A DNA stretch of 64,000 nt from the human T2T-CHM13v2.0 reference genome, Homo sapiens, in the NCBI RefSeq assembly GCF_009914755.1, contig NC_060935.1; one strand, 5' to 3'. Positions within the stretch are counted from its first letter, which is position 1; each line of letters opens with the position of its first letter. Shown here piece by piece: positions 51,746 to 64,000 of this stretch. Both the position numbers and the translations under genes were made by a program. Under the pieces are notes generated by a model, which did not search any database, was not told the DNA's origin, and saw only the letters and a program-made list of their open reading frames with translations.

Positions 51746-53267
51746 TAAAAACTACTATGAGACAGTTGAGTGAGCCCCATGATTTTGGCATGCATCAATG
51801 CCATATTTAGAATGGCTGCCCTGAGCAACATTTTTCTCTGCCATCTTCGCAGTCATTCCTGGGAAGCAAGCTGTAGTTCTCTGCCGAGCCAGGAGGTGGA
51901 GATGGCCTATAATGTACCCAGAGAGCCTGCAGGGAGGGCTGCGTGATGAGGTTGAGCAGTGGGGCTATCTGTGTGGATTGGCAGCCATAAAGGAATCCGA
52001 GAGCTCATCGGCCGCCATCTGTCTTCATTTTGCTAACCCCCTCTATTGGATGCCACAAGCAGCTCACTTCCTATATTTATAAACATCCCCAATCAGTCAT
52101 TTCTCTGCCCACTGTCACATATTTGTGGCATTAATGCTGGCTGCTTTATCACAGATTGGACTTCATTTCAGGCATAACTCTCATATACTGTGGTTCTGAG
52201 ATCTTTATAGCCACATTACGGTATATGGCTGAGTTGTGATTACACATCAGTACTGTGAGGCCACTGACAGCGATTTGGCCCTCTCCCACCACCTGCCACA
52301 CCTGCCCTCTGAGGGCAGCTATAGATCATGCTAGAGACACAGGAAAATGGGATCTGTGAGGGAGAGAGAGAGAGAACAAAGGTTAAGGCACACACTCTCC
52401 AGGATTTAGGGTAGGCCAGGGCTATTCCGTAGGGCTGAGAACCCACAGAACTGTCTCCTATTGGCAAAGTGACCTGACAGATGGAGAGAGCTAATGGGAG
52501 GGGATGGGAGTTGAGAAGGAGTAGTCTATAATTGAACTGACCTTTCTGGTTGCCCCTGATCTCAAAGCCGACAGTGGGTGGTAGACTTCCTTTTCTGATG
52601 TCTGAAATCAGGAATGTAAGTTAGCATTTCTTCGTATTCCCTTGCATCATGCTTGTCCCATTCATAAGATTGCTCTCCTTGTAGAGATGAAAAAAGAATC
52701 TTTTTTAGTCCCACTGTGTTTGGGTTCTTGTAGCTGTCATGCACGGATCCCAGGAACCACAGTCACAGGGGAAGTCGCAAAAGTTCTCTCTCATGGAAGT
52801 CACAGTGGCCACCAAAAGGTCAAAAGTAAGAGCTATGCTTGGTCAGTAGACAACAAAAGAGCTTGGAGGCAGGAAGCAATAAAATTTTAGGGAATTATGA
52901 GGCCCTGGGTTATTGCTAAAAGGGTGTGGGGTATGGGGTTTGCCACACTCATCTTCAGAGAGAGTATTTTTTTTATTCTGGAATAAAACAACTTTTTCAA
53001 GTCTTCTTGGTCATGGCTTCTCCTTACAACTCAGAGAGACAGAAGAGCTCTTTTCCCCTTGGTGGGCGGAGCCCACTGCTCTTGCGGGTTGCTGGCAGTC
53101 TTCCTGGCTCCTGACTAGCCTTCCACCTCTATTTTCCTCTTGCTCTCCAAATGTGTAGATACTGTCCTTTTCCTCGGTCCCCAGGGAGGCATGGACCACA
53201 AGATATTACTGAAGATTGAGCGGTAACAGAGGAGAGTTGCTTCAAGGAGAGGGAGGAAGTCTAACAG

Positions 53268-53662
53268 AGTCAGATGACGAAATTACAACGAATTTAGTTG
53301 AAAGCTCCATTTGGATTTTACTTTTGATTTTAGGATCGGTAATATAAAATGAGTGTTCCTATGAGCTGAGGGTGTTGGCTTTATAGGCAAAAAAGGGCTG
53401 AGGAAAGCAGAAACAGAGAACAAAAAGCAAATTGGCCTTTTTAAGGGGTACTTTATAGAGTTCAGACAAGGGGACTTCCTCGTTATTCTGACTCTGGCTG
53501 ACCAGAATTGCCTGCTTTTTGGAAAACTGGTCCATTTCAAAGTTTGGTTTGATTACTGAACACTTAACACAAGTGACTCCGTTCTGGTTTTGGTCTGTTC
53601 TGTCTGGGCCCAGGGCAGGAGACTGATCCCCTAAAATGGCCTCCCATGCACTTTGTTTAATA
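53268..53662 (-). mobile_element. ERV1 (MER4-group; MER57/MER93-like) solo LTR
   Basis: Minus strand starts t(a)ttaaacaaag..atgggaggccattt..cagaccaaaaccagaacggagtcact and ends aaattcgttgtaatttcgtcatctgac(t); near-TSD ACAG/AGAG; ~395 bp. Confidence 0.7.
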
Positions 53663-54339
53663 AGAGATTTCCGACTTCACTTATGAAACCCAGCACTTGC
53701 AGCCTTTCCCTGACATCCACACTCTGCTGGTGCCCTGATTCTTCCAATTCCAGGGCCCGAGACTGCCCCTCACTCTCCCCCCTCTTCTCAAGGGAAACAA
53801 ACTGGCTTTCCTAATCGTTCTAATTTCCCAGAGAGGGTGCCCTGCCCACAGAGGAACAGGCTTTGCCATGACTATGCAGAGCTTTTTCATCCTGATGATC
53901 TCAAAATCCCCTTCTAGAGGGGCTCTGAGCCTTCACTCTGCAGATCAAGAAGCCCACCAGTCCTCACCCACCCGACTCCCACCTTCCCTGCCCCTGGGAG
54001 CCAGCTTTACCCAGACGAGTTCTGCTCCCAGCCTCTAGAATGCAGAACGGGCTGCTGCTTTCAAAGCTATACTTCGATGGAGTTTCCTATACTAGTGAAA
54101 TCTGTTTTAAATGAACATCAAGAATAGCCTTGAAAGGGAAAATATGGACTCGAATCTACGCCGACTGGCACCAAGCGGCATGTGAGAAACGTGAGGAAAA
54201 AAAGTCCAGCTCTTCCTGCTCGTCAGCTGGGCCCTCCCCCTTCCAGAAAGCTAACTGTATGTAAATGAATCCCTTCATCTTTTTTTAGACCCATAGCAGT
54301 TGCCGCGCTTCCAAATTTAAGTAATATATGCTAAAGTTA

Positions 54340-54600
54340 ACTTAGTAGTTAAACTATGCTTTGGAGTTAAACTGCCTGCATTTTAAATCCAAGACTTACC
54401 ACTTATTAGTTTTTATGTTTGTTTTGCTTTGTTAATTTTTTTTTAACTCTAGATGAGTCTCCATGTTCTTGCTTAAAAAAAAAAAAATATTATTTACTCC
54501 TGCATCGGCAAGAGGAGAAATCAATGGATGCCTTCAAAACACTCAGGACAATTTGTGGTGCATAGTTAACACGCAATACTTAACAAAGTTAATGCTCAAT
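54340..54600 (+). mobile_element. MIR
   Basis: 'gtagttaaactatgctttggagttaaactgcctgcattttaaatcc...accacttattag'. Confidence 0.6.
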
Positions 54601-55899
54601 AATTGTCAATGTCACATTCCCCACGTCCATTACTTTTCTGTTAGACAAACAACAACCCCCACGCCCCCTTCCCCCACCAAAAAAACCCAGCCCCTTCTGA
54701 GATTTACTGGCGTTTGGGGTAATGCCATCGCAGCAGAGCTGGGCACTGTGAGTCCCACGGAATCCCGCTCTGTCTGCCATCCCTCTCTATCCAGCCTGTG
54801 GCTTCATGGCCTGTACTTTCTTTTAACTGAGGTTTTCAGGAAATCAAATAGAAGGGATTTCTGTAGGACGATGGCTCCGAATGCTGCTTGGATCTTCTAG
54901 ATGTTCCTCTTTTCACACACGGGTAGCGTCCCCCTGGCTCTCTTTGATGATCCAAATGCATCACTAACCTATTTCCACAGTGCTGGGGACACTGTACCAG
55001 GAAGCTGCCTCTGAGTCCTCAGTACCAACAGAGCAGATTATGTTCCATGTTCTTCCAATTGGATTCAGGTCCCTAAGCTGAATACCAGCCTGCTGGCCCT
55101 AGAGAGTAGAGAAGCCTCTCTGCACCTTGAATTTTTCACTCATTTCAGAGAAATCCGTAGCCTCATAGCAGTACCTTCCCCATCCACCTCCCCAATATAC
55201 TGCACACATTTCATTATCTAGTTCTTTAGCTCTTGTGGCAAATAGATATTAAAATATTAAATCTGTCTAAGATATCTTCTTCATAAAATATTAAGAGAAA
55301 ATGTCTGTGTTAACAATGTTTTAACATGAAATCATAAACAAACTGCTGTAATTGGGTATTTTTCTTCTGAAGGTCATATGCCTCCAGAAAAATCACCCTG
55401 GCAAGTGTGCAATTCAGAAGAGTAATCGCGCCTTACCTTCAGACACTGTGCTTTTTTGTGTTCAAAGAGCATTCTTTAAACATTAATTAGTTATTCCACC
55501 AAATATCCTAGGAGGTACGGATTAATATCTGCTAAACACAGATGGTGACTCAAAGGGAGAGGGAGGCTGAATCCTGCCTCACATCACACAACGAATTGGA
55601 GGCAGGGCTCTTTAGTTTAATCCCTGCGAATGGACTAGCAATAAATCACAAACTGGGGCCAAGGAACCAAGGAGTATTTATTCTAAATTTCTTATGGATT
55701 TCTTCTATTCTTGGATTTGTATGAAACCCATAGATGAACCCCTGAGAAGTACCTTCATGGATATGAGTCCACTATCAATGGACCCCTTAAATCAGATAGT
55801 CACTGTCCCAAGGATCTGCAGCTAGGCACTGTTAGAATGAAGCTCTCTCCTCCTGTCTAACAAGATGGGAACTGCTTGCTTTTGAGTCCATTTTAGCGA

Positions 55900-56270
55900 C
55901 AAGTGATGTTTTATGAATGCTGAACAGTAGAAAGAAGAGACGTGCTGGCATCTTCCTGGGATCCCAATACACTAGGACTACTACAGGCAAAAAGCTCAGA
56001 GGTTAACTGGCTGACAACCCTCTTTGCTGACACCAGCCATGAGTGAGTGTCTCTCAGTCCCTGCCCTGTGCTTTTCCTAAGGACTTACGACGTCCCCATT
56101 GCATAAAACCACTTGCAACCATTCCCAATAATTGCAGTGTGAAAAGTGAGCTGATCAGCATCCGACTTTTATGGCCGGCTACTAACCCAGCCAGCATTTT
56201 CTAATAATACTTTGCCTTTATATCCCAGGATCGCAGAGCAATTTACGAAGATTAATTAGAAGCGCCTCAG
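55900..56270. promoter_or_regulatory. Candidate enhancer with posterior HOX/CDX-type motifs
   Basis: TTTTATGA 55909, CATAAAA 56102, TTTTATGGC 56167, TTTACGA 56242, TTAATTAG 56252 in repeat-poor DNA. Confidence 0.4.
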
Positions 56271-57973
56271 AACTCTCCTTCTTGGTGGAGGCAGGGGCGG
56301 AGGCCATGAGAGGGGAGTTAAATGAGCCTCCCTGGAGTGTGGGAAGTGAGAATTTTAAGTGAGGGCTCCTCTGGTTCAAGCCGGGACTATATGTGAGAAT
56401 AAAACGCTGGGTCCCATTAGTAGTCAACAGAGAAACAATCTGTCATCTGATATTCCAAAAGGATTCAATTGGGAGGAAGTAACGAGCGTGGATTTGTTTA
56501 TTTTTTATTTGAAAAATGATGTAAATACCCAAATTTGTTACTACCCCTGGGGTTTCGGCAAGATGCCCAAGATATCTGCAATTTTGTGAGATTACAGCCG
56601 GTGTCAGTCACCCTGGACGGAGCCATTTCACTCTTTGCCCTTCAGTGCCCACAGCCTGCAGTCTCTGGTTCGCCGAGAGGCCGAGGGCGAGCTGGGATCC
56701 ATGTGACCCTTTGATGTCTGATGGGACGGAGGCTGGCCCTCTCCGGGCCTCCCCCTCTCAGTGCTGCATCGGGCCTGGTGCTGCCAGGATCCGCTTGGCA
56801 AAGAATAGGGAACGATGGTGGAGAAAGGACTCTATCAGGCCATTGAAGAAGCGCAGCTGCTGAGAGGCCAAGGGGGGTGCAGTGGGGGGGAAGCTGCAGT
56901 GACGTTCTGTTTTGTTCTTGCAACCAAGGCACAAATTAAGGCAAAATTAGAGACTTTCTTTGGGCTATTGGACGGATGGGAGGAGGAGGAAGACGGGGAA
57001 GCAGAGCTTTTAAGGACAGCAATTTGAGAACATCTGAGACAAATCTGTGGCTGATTCTTTTTTTGTGTGAATTAGTTAGTGACTTTCTTTTTGGATTCCG
57101 GAGGGGTTTTTCCCCCCTTCCTTTCCCTTTTTGCACCATGCACATGTAAATGTGATTGAGAATTCTTTCGTCAGATCTGCTGCCTTGGCAGCCTTCCTGC
57201 CAGCTGGCCTGGCTGGGGGAACCCACGCTGGCGGCTGATTGCGATTGACAAGTCCGGGTTTGGTGGGAGGAAGTTCACCATGGGAGACACTCCTCAGGCC
57301 CTCCTTTGGGGCTTGGTTCCTGCAGGAAAGGAGGGTAGAGGGGACCCCCCAGCAGGACTGAACTCCTCCTCTCTGCCCGCAGAGGGCGCCCAAGCCAACA
57401 CCACCATGTTGTGTGACCACCTAGCAAGCACAGTTGTGAGTGCAGACGGTGGCTACTCTCGCCGGGGCACCATCTGATGCAGAATCACTGATGCCCAGAG
57501 TCGAGTAGAGTTTGAAAGGCCATGGAGTTTACATCCTCCTTCTCTATCTCATTTCATGCCTCTATGTAGGGCATTTCATCAAAACACCGAGATAGAAGTA
57601 AGTGTAAAAATCTTGCCTGCCCCAAATGGTTGTAGTGTGTGGTTTGTCCTATTTTTTGCTTCTCTGTTTCAGCTCATTTTCTCTTTGTGTCCTTTCCTTT
57701 TTCCCACTGTGGCTCCAGGCCATGTTGATTTGCTAGTGTTTTTCCTTACCATCTTTCCTTTCTTCTCCCTGCCCACGCAGATTCTCACCAATTTGCCAGA
57801 ACCTAACTCAAGGCTTCCATCCCCACAAGTTCTCTCTGCTAACTAAATGGGATTGTGTTTACAACTGTTGAGCACAGAAACTTACCTGTCGTAACTGGTC
57901 TCTAAAAGTTCAGTGAAATTACACACTGTCATAGGTAATCTCGTGTGTGTGTATGAGTGTGTTAGCCTTTTAA

Positions 57974-58606
<633 letters not shown>

Positions 58607-58924
58607 ATGGGTTTTCTATAAGACTCTTTTCTCCTCTTAAGGTGCTTTAAAGAAAAAGACGGTAGGTTTTCAAAAAGAAAATGGACAAGCTTCAGCATGA
58701 AGAGACTGCTTTTTAAGTGTTTTCAACTCTTTGGAAAGAACAATCTATATCACTTATCTCACACTAACCGTTTCTGAACCTAGAGCAACTTCAGCTATTG
58801 AAAGAGGTATCAGGCAATCTACTATATCAAATTAATTTTAGTTAACTTAAAAAATAAGTGATGCTCAATTGGGAGGCTACGGAGCAAGCAGAAGTACTCA
58901 GAAAAGAGAAGGACACTAACCAGT

Positions 58925-59386
<462 letters not shown>

Positions 59387-59859
59387 TTACCATTTCAGAC
59401 AAATTCAAATTATTAAATACAATCCCATTTTAGAACTCACAAATATTGGCTAATTGAAAAATTGATGAATAATATAGATGTAGAATGAAATTGATACTAT
59501 ATTATATATTTTTTAATTTTATCCTATATAGGCAAAGCTTATTTCACCAGTCATAACACACACCTGCATGAGTGGAATTGTATCTTAAATGCTCCACTGC
59601 ACCCAGTCCAGGACTCTATTCTTTCATGACTGTGCATCAGAAACAACTGGAGGAAGTAAGTAAGACAGGGGCCAGCACAGAGAGAATTACAGTAGTTGAC
59701 AGCATGAAAGAAGAGGTGGTCAGAGATCAAAACAAGTTCAGGGCTGGTGGAATACAAAGTGAGAGAGAGAAAAACCAAATCATCATCTTTAGGATGAGGC
59801 TGATGAGGAAGAGTGACCCATAGCTGAGCATCAAGTAAGCCAAGGTCACAGAAAGACAA

Positions 59860-60062
59860 CTAGTAATAAAGCATGTGTGGAATGCTTGCTATGTGCCAGG
59901 CACTGTTCTAAATGATTGTCATGTATTGTCTCCTTTAATTTTACATCACCATATGAGGTGGTTACTAAAAGCGTCCCCATTTCACAGATGAAGAAACCGA
60001 GGCACAGAGAGATTATTGTTAACTCCCAGCCACAATTAGCAAATAAAAGGGTTAAGACACAA
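59860..60062 (-). mobile_element. MIR
   Basis: 'ctatgtgccaggcactgttctaa...ccccatttcacagatgaagaaaccgaggcacagaga'. Confidence 0.85.
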
Positions 60063-60063
60063 T

Positions 60064-60260
60064 GAGAGATCTGCTGCAAGCTCACTCAAATGACTGTTGG
60101 CAGGTTTTGGTCCCTTGCCAAGCAGGCGTCTGCACAGGGCTTCCTCACAACATGGCAGCTGGCCACCCCCAGTGAGCAACCCAAGAGACAGTGAGAGCTT
60201 GCCCCAGAGCAAAGCCACAGGCTTTGTATAACTTAATTTTGAAAGTGACATCACATTATT
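60064..60260 (-). mobile_element. MLT1F-like LTR internal fragment
   Basis: Reverse complement aligns to 58232-58410. Confidence 0.8.
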
Positions 60261-61050
60261 TCCAAGATGGCCTGAAACAAAAATCCTTTCTCTTGACCAC
60301 TACTGTAAATTTTCTTGGCAATGTAGTTTAAGTCAGTACTAGTGTGCCATGGTTATGAAGCAAATTTGAATTAAGGAATGGGGATATTTACCTTTTGCTA
60401 TATTTTATAGATGCTGGATCTGGGTAGGGCAAGGACACAAAAACCAGTGATAGCCAGAGGGATTTGCCATCTTGGTAACTTGAGTCTACCTAGAACCAAA
60501 ACAGACAATCAAAAGAAAAAGCCTGGAATAATTATTTAGTCCTGCTATAATTTTACTGAACATCATCAAATTTTTAACACTTGTAATCAACCTACTATGG
60601 GGAATGGCATCAGGCTAGTTGGGTATAGAAAACTACGTCAGACAAGGTCTCCATCTGCTTATGAAGACATTACATGTAAATATTAACTCTGGGCAATGTG
60701 TACTTATTGTTAAATGGGGTAAAGACATTAACTGCTTGATGATTCTGAGAGAACTCACTGTGAGCTCATGTGCTGTGATTTGGGTTTTGAACAAGAGAAA
60801 GAAAGAGAAATGGCATTAACAGGTGTGGCTCATGCAATGTGAAAGTGGAGGGTTTATATGGGAGAGTAGTGGAGCCTCACGCTGCAGAGGACTCATGCCT
60901 GAGCATGCTAGGGGAGAGGTTGGTCTTCGTCCTGTAGGTTGTGGGTGGACACTAAGGTTTGTGAGAAGACAGGTGGCATGATAAATTAGTATTTAAGTGA
61001 GATTAACACAGCAGTTATACAGGAAACCATGCCACTCTTAACCTGGAAAA

Positions 61051-61051
<1 letters not shown>

Positions 61052-61090
<39 letters not shown>
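61052..61090. repeat. Perfect (TG)19 microsatellite
   Basis: Uninterrupted TG run of 39 bp. Confidence 0.97.
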
Positions 61091-61092
<2 letters not shown>

Positions 61093-61099
61093 GCTCTGG

Positions 61100-61285
61100 T
61101 TGTAGTGGGAAGGCACGAGGCTAGAAGTCAGAAGACCCAGTTTCTTGTAAATATCTTACCATTAATAATACACATGAATTTAAGCAGGGCTTTTTTCTCT
61201 TCCCTGGGACACACATTCTTCATTATAAAGTGATGGGATTGGAGACTCTCCTAAAGTCCTCCCAGCACTAGCATTCTGGATTTTT
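61100..61285 (+). mobile_element. MIR3-like SINE
   Basis: 'ggctagaagtcagaagacccagttt...aaagtgatgggattgga...ctaaagtcctcccagcactagcattctg'. Confidence 0.6.
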
Positions 61286-62509
61286 CACACTGCCATCCCC
61301 CTCAATTAGTGCTGTAATTAAAAGCTGACTACACATCCATTCTCCATCCAGAAACTGCAGTCCAGGGCTTCCCACAGGAGCTTCTGCAGAGGCAAAACAA
61401 CCCTGTCCTCTTCTTTCTTACACATGATGATGAAACCAAAGTGTTTTTCTCCCCTCTGGCTTATTTAACCCCAAATCATTATTTGTTTTTTTGTATCTTA
61501 TGCCTTTCATGTCCTAGGTTTGAAGGTGATGTGTACATGGCAGAGAGACACCATCCCACCCCTTCCTCGTCACTTTTGTTGAAAAATGTTCCTGCATCCA
61601 CACATACACACATGCGCACACACATGTGACACCAGGTCACTGCCTGGCCTCACTGCTGAGGAGATGAAAGCAAAGTTTCCAGGGCACTTATTGTGCCTCA
61701 CCTGGTGTCCCTTAGCTGGAGGTGTGAGGCTTATATCAGGTAATACAGAGTGGAGGGCTCGATCCCCATATAAGTAGTACATTTCAGAAAGTAGCAAAGA
61801 ATATTTCTTCTGCGCTAAAACCCAACAAAGCAGCAAGGGATACGCTCTTCCCCAGCCACATGCCAGGATCCTCCTAAATGCAGATATTCACCAAGGAACT
61901 GGAACGTTCTCACTCCAAGGCTGGAAAAATGACTCCCAGGATAATCTGTGGATGTAATTTGTCTTTCAGTCTATTTTGATCAATCTCTTCCCTGCACCCA
62001 GCCCTCGACCTTGCTGCTACTGGGAGGCTCATTCTCATGGAGACAGGGAGAACCTCTGTCCCCTCCCCAGTCAAAAGTCATCTGTGTCCTTTCTGTTTTT
62101 TAGAACCAGGACTGTCTGACAGCAGTGATGACCCTGGGGGCTTGTGTCATCATTCAATTCCCATGGTGGGGGAGCAGGTGGGAGCAGAGATACCTGAAGC
62201 ACCCAGAAGTGAGTGGGTTTGCCCAAGAGCTGAGTGTTCATTAGACTGAAAACAGCAAACAGGTTGATACCAGAGGAGAAGAACCAAGCGACATGCTGGA
62301 AGCCCAAAGTAACAGCCTCAGAGTTTAAGAACAGGGGCAGAAAACAGTGCAAAGCAGATCCCAGAGATAGGGCCAGAGGAAGTGCACTGGACTGGTCTCT
62401 GGTGTCCAAGCAAAGTGCCAAGCCAGGTGTCCCCTGCACGACAAGAGGACAATTGGATGGCTTCTTAATGTCCCAATATCAGGCCACTGGCAGCATTTAC
62501 AAGTTATTA

Positions 62510-62750
62510 TAACAACAACATTCCTTCTTTGAATGCTTGCTCACGGCCAGACACTGTGTAAGGGCTTTAGAATACTATTAAAACTCATCTGCATGGCAAT
62601 TGATGTGAAGGCTCTTTTCTCCATCTTGTAGGTGAGGTAACGGGCTTCCTAAGAGAACTTATGGGACTTGTCCAAGCTGTACTGTATAAATGGCCGATGT
62701 AAGGTTTAACCCAGGTCTGGCCCCAAATCCAATGCTCTTAATTACTGAAC
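62510..62750 (-). mobile_element. MIR
   Basis: 'gaatgcttgctca..ccagacactgtgtaagggcttta...ttaacccaggtctggccccaaatccaatgctcttaa'. Confidence 0.7.
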
Positions 62751-64000
62751 TTTGCTGTCCCCACACAACTCCAAAGGGATAGCATGCGAGTGGATACCCA
62801 GTCATCATTTGGGCAGTGCTCAGTGGCCCTGAAGTGAGGTGGGCTGGAGACAGGACTGCACTCCCAGGAGAAGGGCTCCGGGTAACCTGAGGTGACAGGA
62901 GCAGCAAGCAGGCTGGATGAACCAAATGAAATCCTTGGGCGTAGTTTCAGTGCATCCATTCTGGGAGCGTCAGCAGCACTGATTCAGCCAGAGCTTCAAC
63001 TTCTTAGGGAAATTTCTTGCCAGCTCAGCTGTTAAGACTCAAATTCCTCACCTCCTCCCAGCCCCCACCGCAGGGTTCTCTGCTCGCTGCTCTCATCTTC
63101 CCCATGTCACTCACTCATCGCAGAACCAGAAGGCTCAGCCAGCACTGAAAGGTCCCTGGGGAAAGGGGGGCCCTCCTGGGGGGCCCAGATCTGTAACAAA
63201 TGACTTCCCGCAGAGACAAGCTGTGCTGTGCTCAGAGGCCCTGCTGGGGAGGGACGAAGCCTCCCGTGGGCCTGCTTGGTCTATCTGCTGCTGACAGTCC
63301 ATGGAGCTGAGCTGGGGGAGATGGAAGGGGGGCACACCCTGGCTCCCCACTGGGTTTAGGACCCAGCCTGCTGAGATTCGTCCCATCTGACAACCCTGCA
63401 CGGAGATGCATGGATTCCCTGCCTAACAAGACTATCTACTGGTGAGCTGAGCTGGGTAGTTCCCAGCTCAAATGAGCCAAGGCTTGAGATTTGCTCCCCG
63501 AAAGGGTCACTGATAAAGAAAACCCCAACTCTGTTGCCTTCAGTGTGTCTTTCACCAGGTAGATAGGTTCTGTCAGTCACATGGAGGAAGCTTGAGAGTG
63601 TGGATGGCTCAGCCCTGCTCATCACAGCCACTGGGAAAATACCCAGAGCGCTAATGTGCCCAGCAGCAGGCACCAGCATGAATGGGAAGGGGGCAGTTCA
63701 TTCACAGCTGAAATGCACTTCCCTGTGTCTAACCTGAATTCCTCCTGCTGCAAGGTAAACCTCCCTTCGTTTCTGATTTTATTAGAGAAACAGTTCTTGT
63801 GTTATGCTCTGGGTAAGAACTACTCAGTTGTTGGAAGCCCATCCCACAGCCTCACCTGCTGGAAATCAGTCACCTCTTCTTTTCCTCCCTTTATACAAAT
63901 AGAGCACTTTTGCCCCTGGTTGGATAATGATGTTCCTCATAACAGGTTAAGTCAATGGTTAAGTCAGTGATGAGGGGTAGGAAACTATTTTTATTGGGCA

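Noticed and set aside
57880-57888. Consensus minus-strand splice donor CAG|GTAAGT
   Set aside because: No convincing acceptor or exon partner; isolated consensus donors are common in introns.

Overview
Primate, most likely human, non-coding DNA: CpG-depleted, moderate GC, and rich in Alu (FLAM/FRAM, J, S, Y), MIR, L2, old L1M, MaLR/ERV LTRs and hAT fossils. I find no credible protein-coding exon, RNA gene or CRISPR array. The ORF track consists of chance or repeat-derived frames; the only real protein homologies are a decayed CR1/L3 reverse transcriptase (~49.7-50.15 kb) and an L1 ORF2 C-terminal remnant (~4.4-4.7 kb). The window reads as a large intron or gene desert. Several transposon-poor blocks are dense in homeodomain/PBX-HOX motifs and look like developmental enhancers (12.7-13.2, 15.7, 16.8, 35.1, 38.0-38.7, 55.3-57.5 kb). 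I cannot identify the host gene from sequence alone. The best structural observations are: an inverted pair of ancient MLT1F-like LTR segments sharing a perfect 35-bp match (58.2/60.1 kb); a tandem ARE/MARE pair (21.16 kb); a MIR<-AluJ<-MSTA triple nest with TSDs; two Alu pieces at one target site (24.3 kb); an amniote-type CORE-SINE beside a homeodomain-rich block (35 kb); and a hAT element with a perfect 8-bp TSD. Repeat subfamily names come from recalled consensus sequences and need RepeatMasker/Dfam confirmation. I do not see a new biological system that can be established from this sequence.
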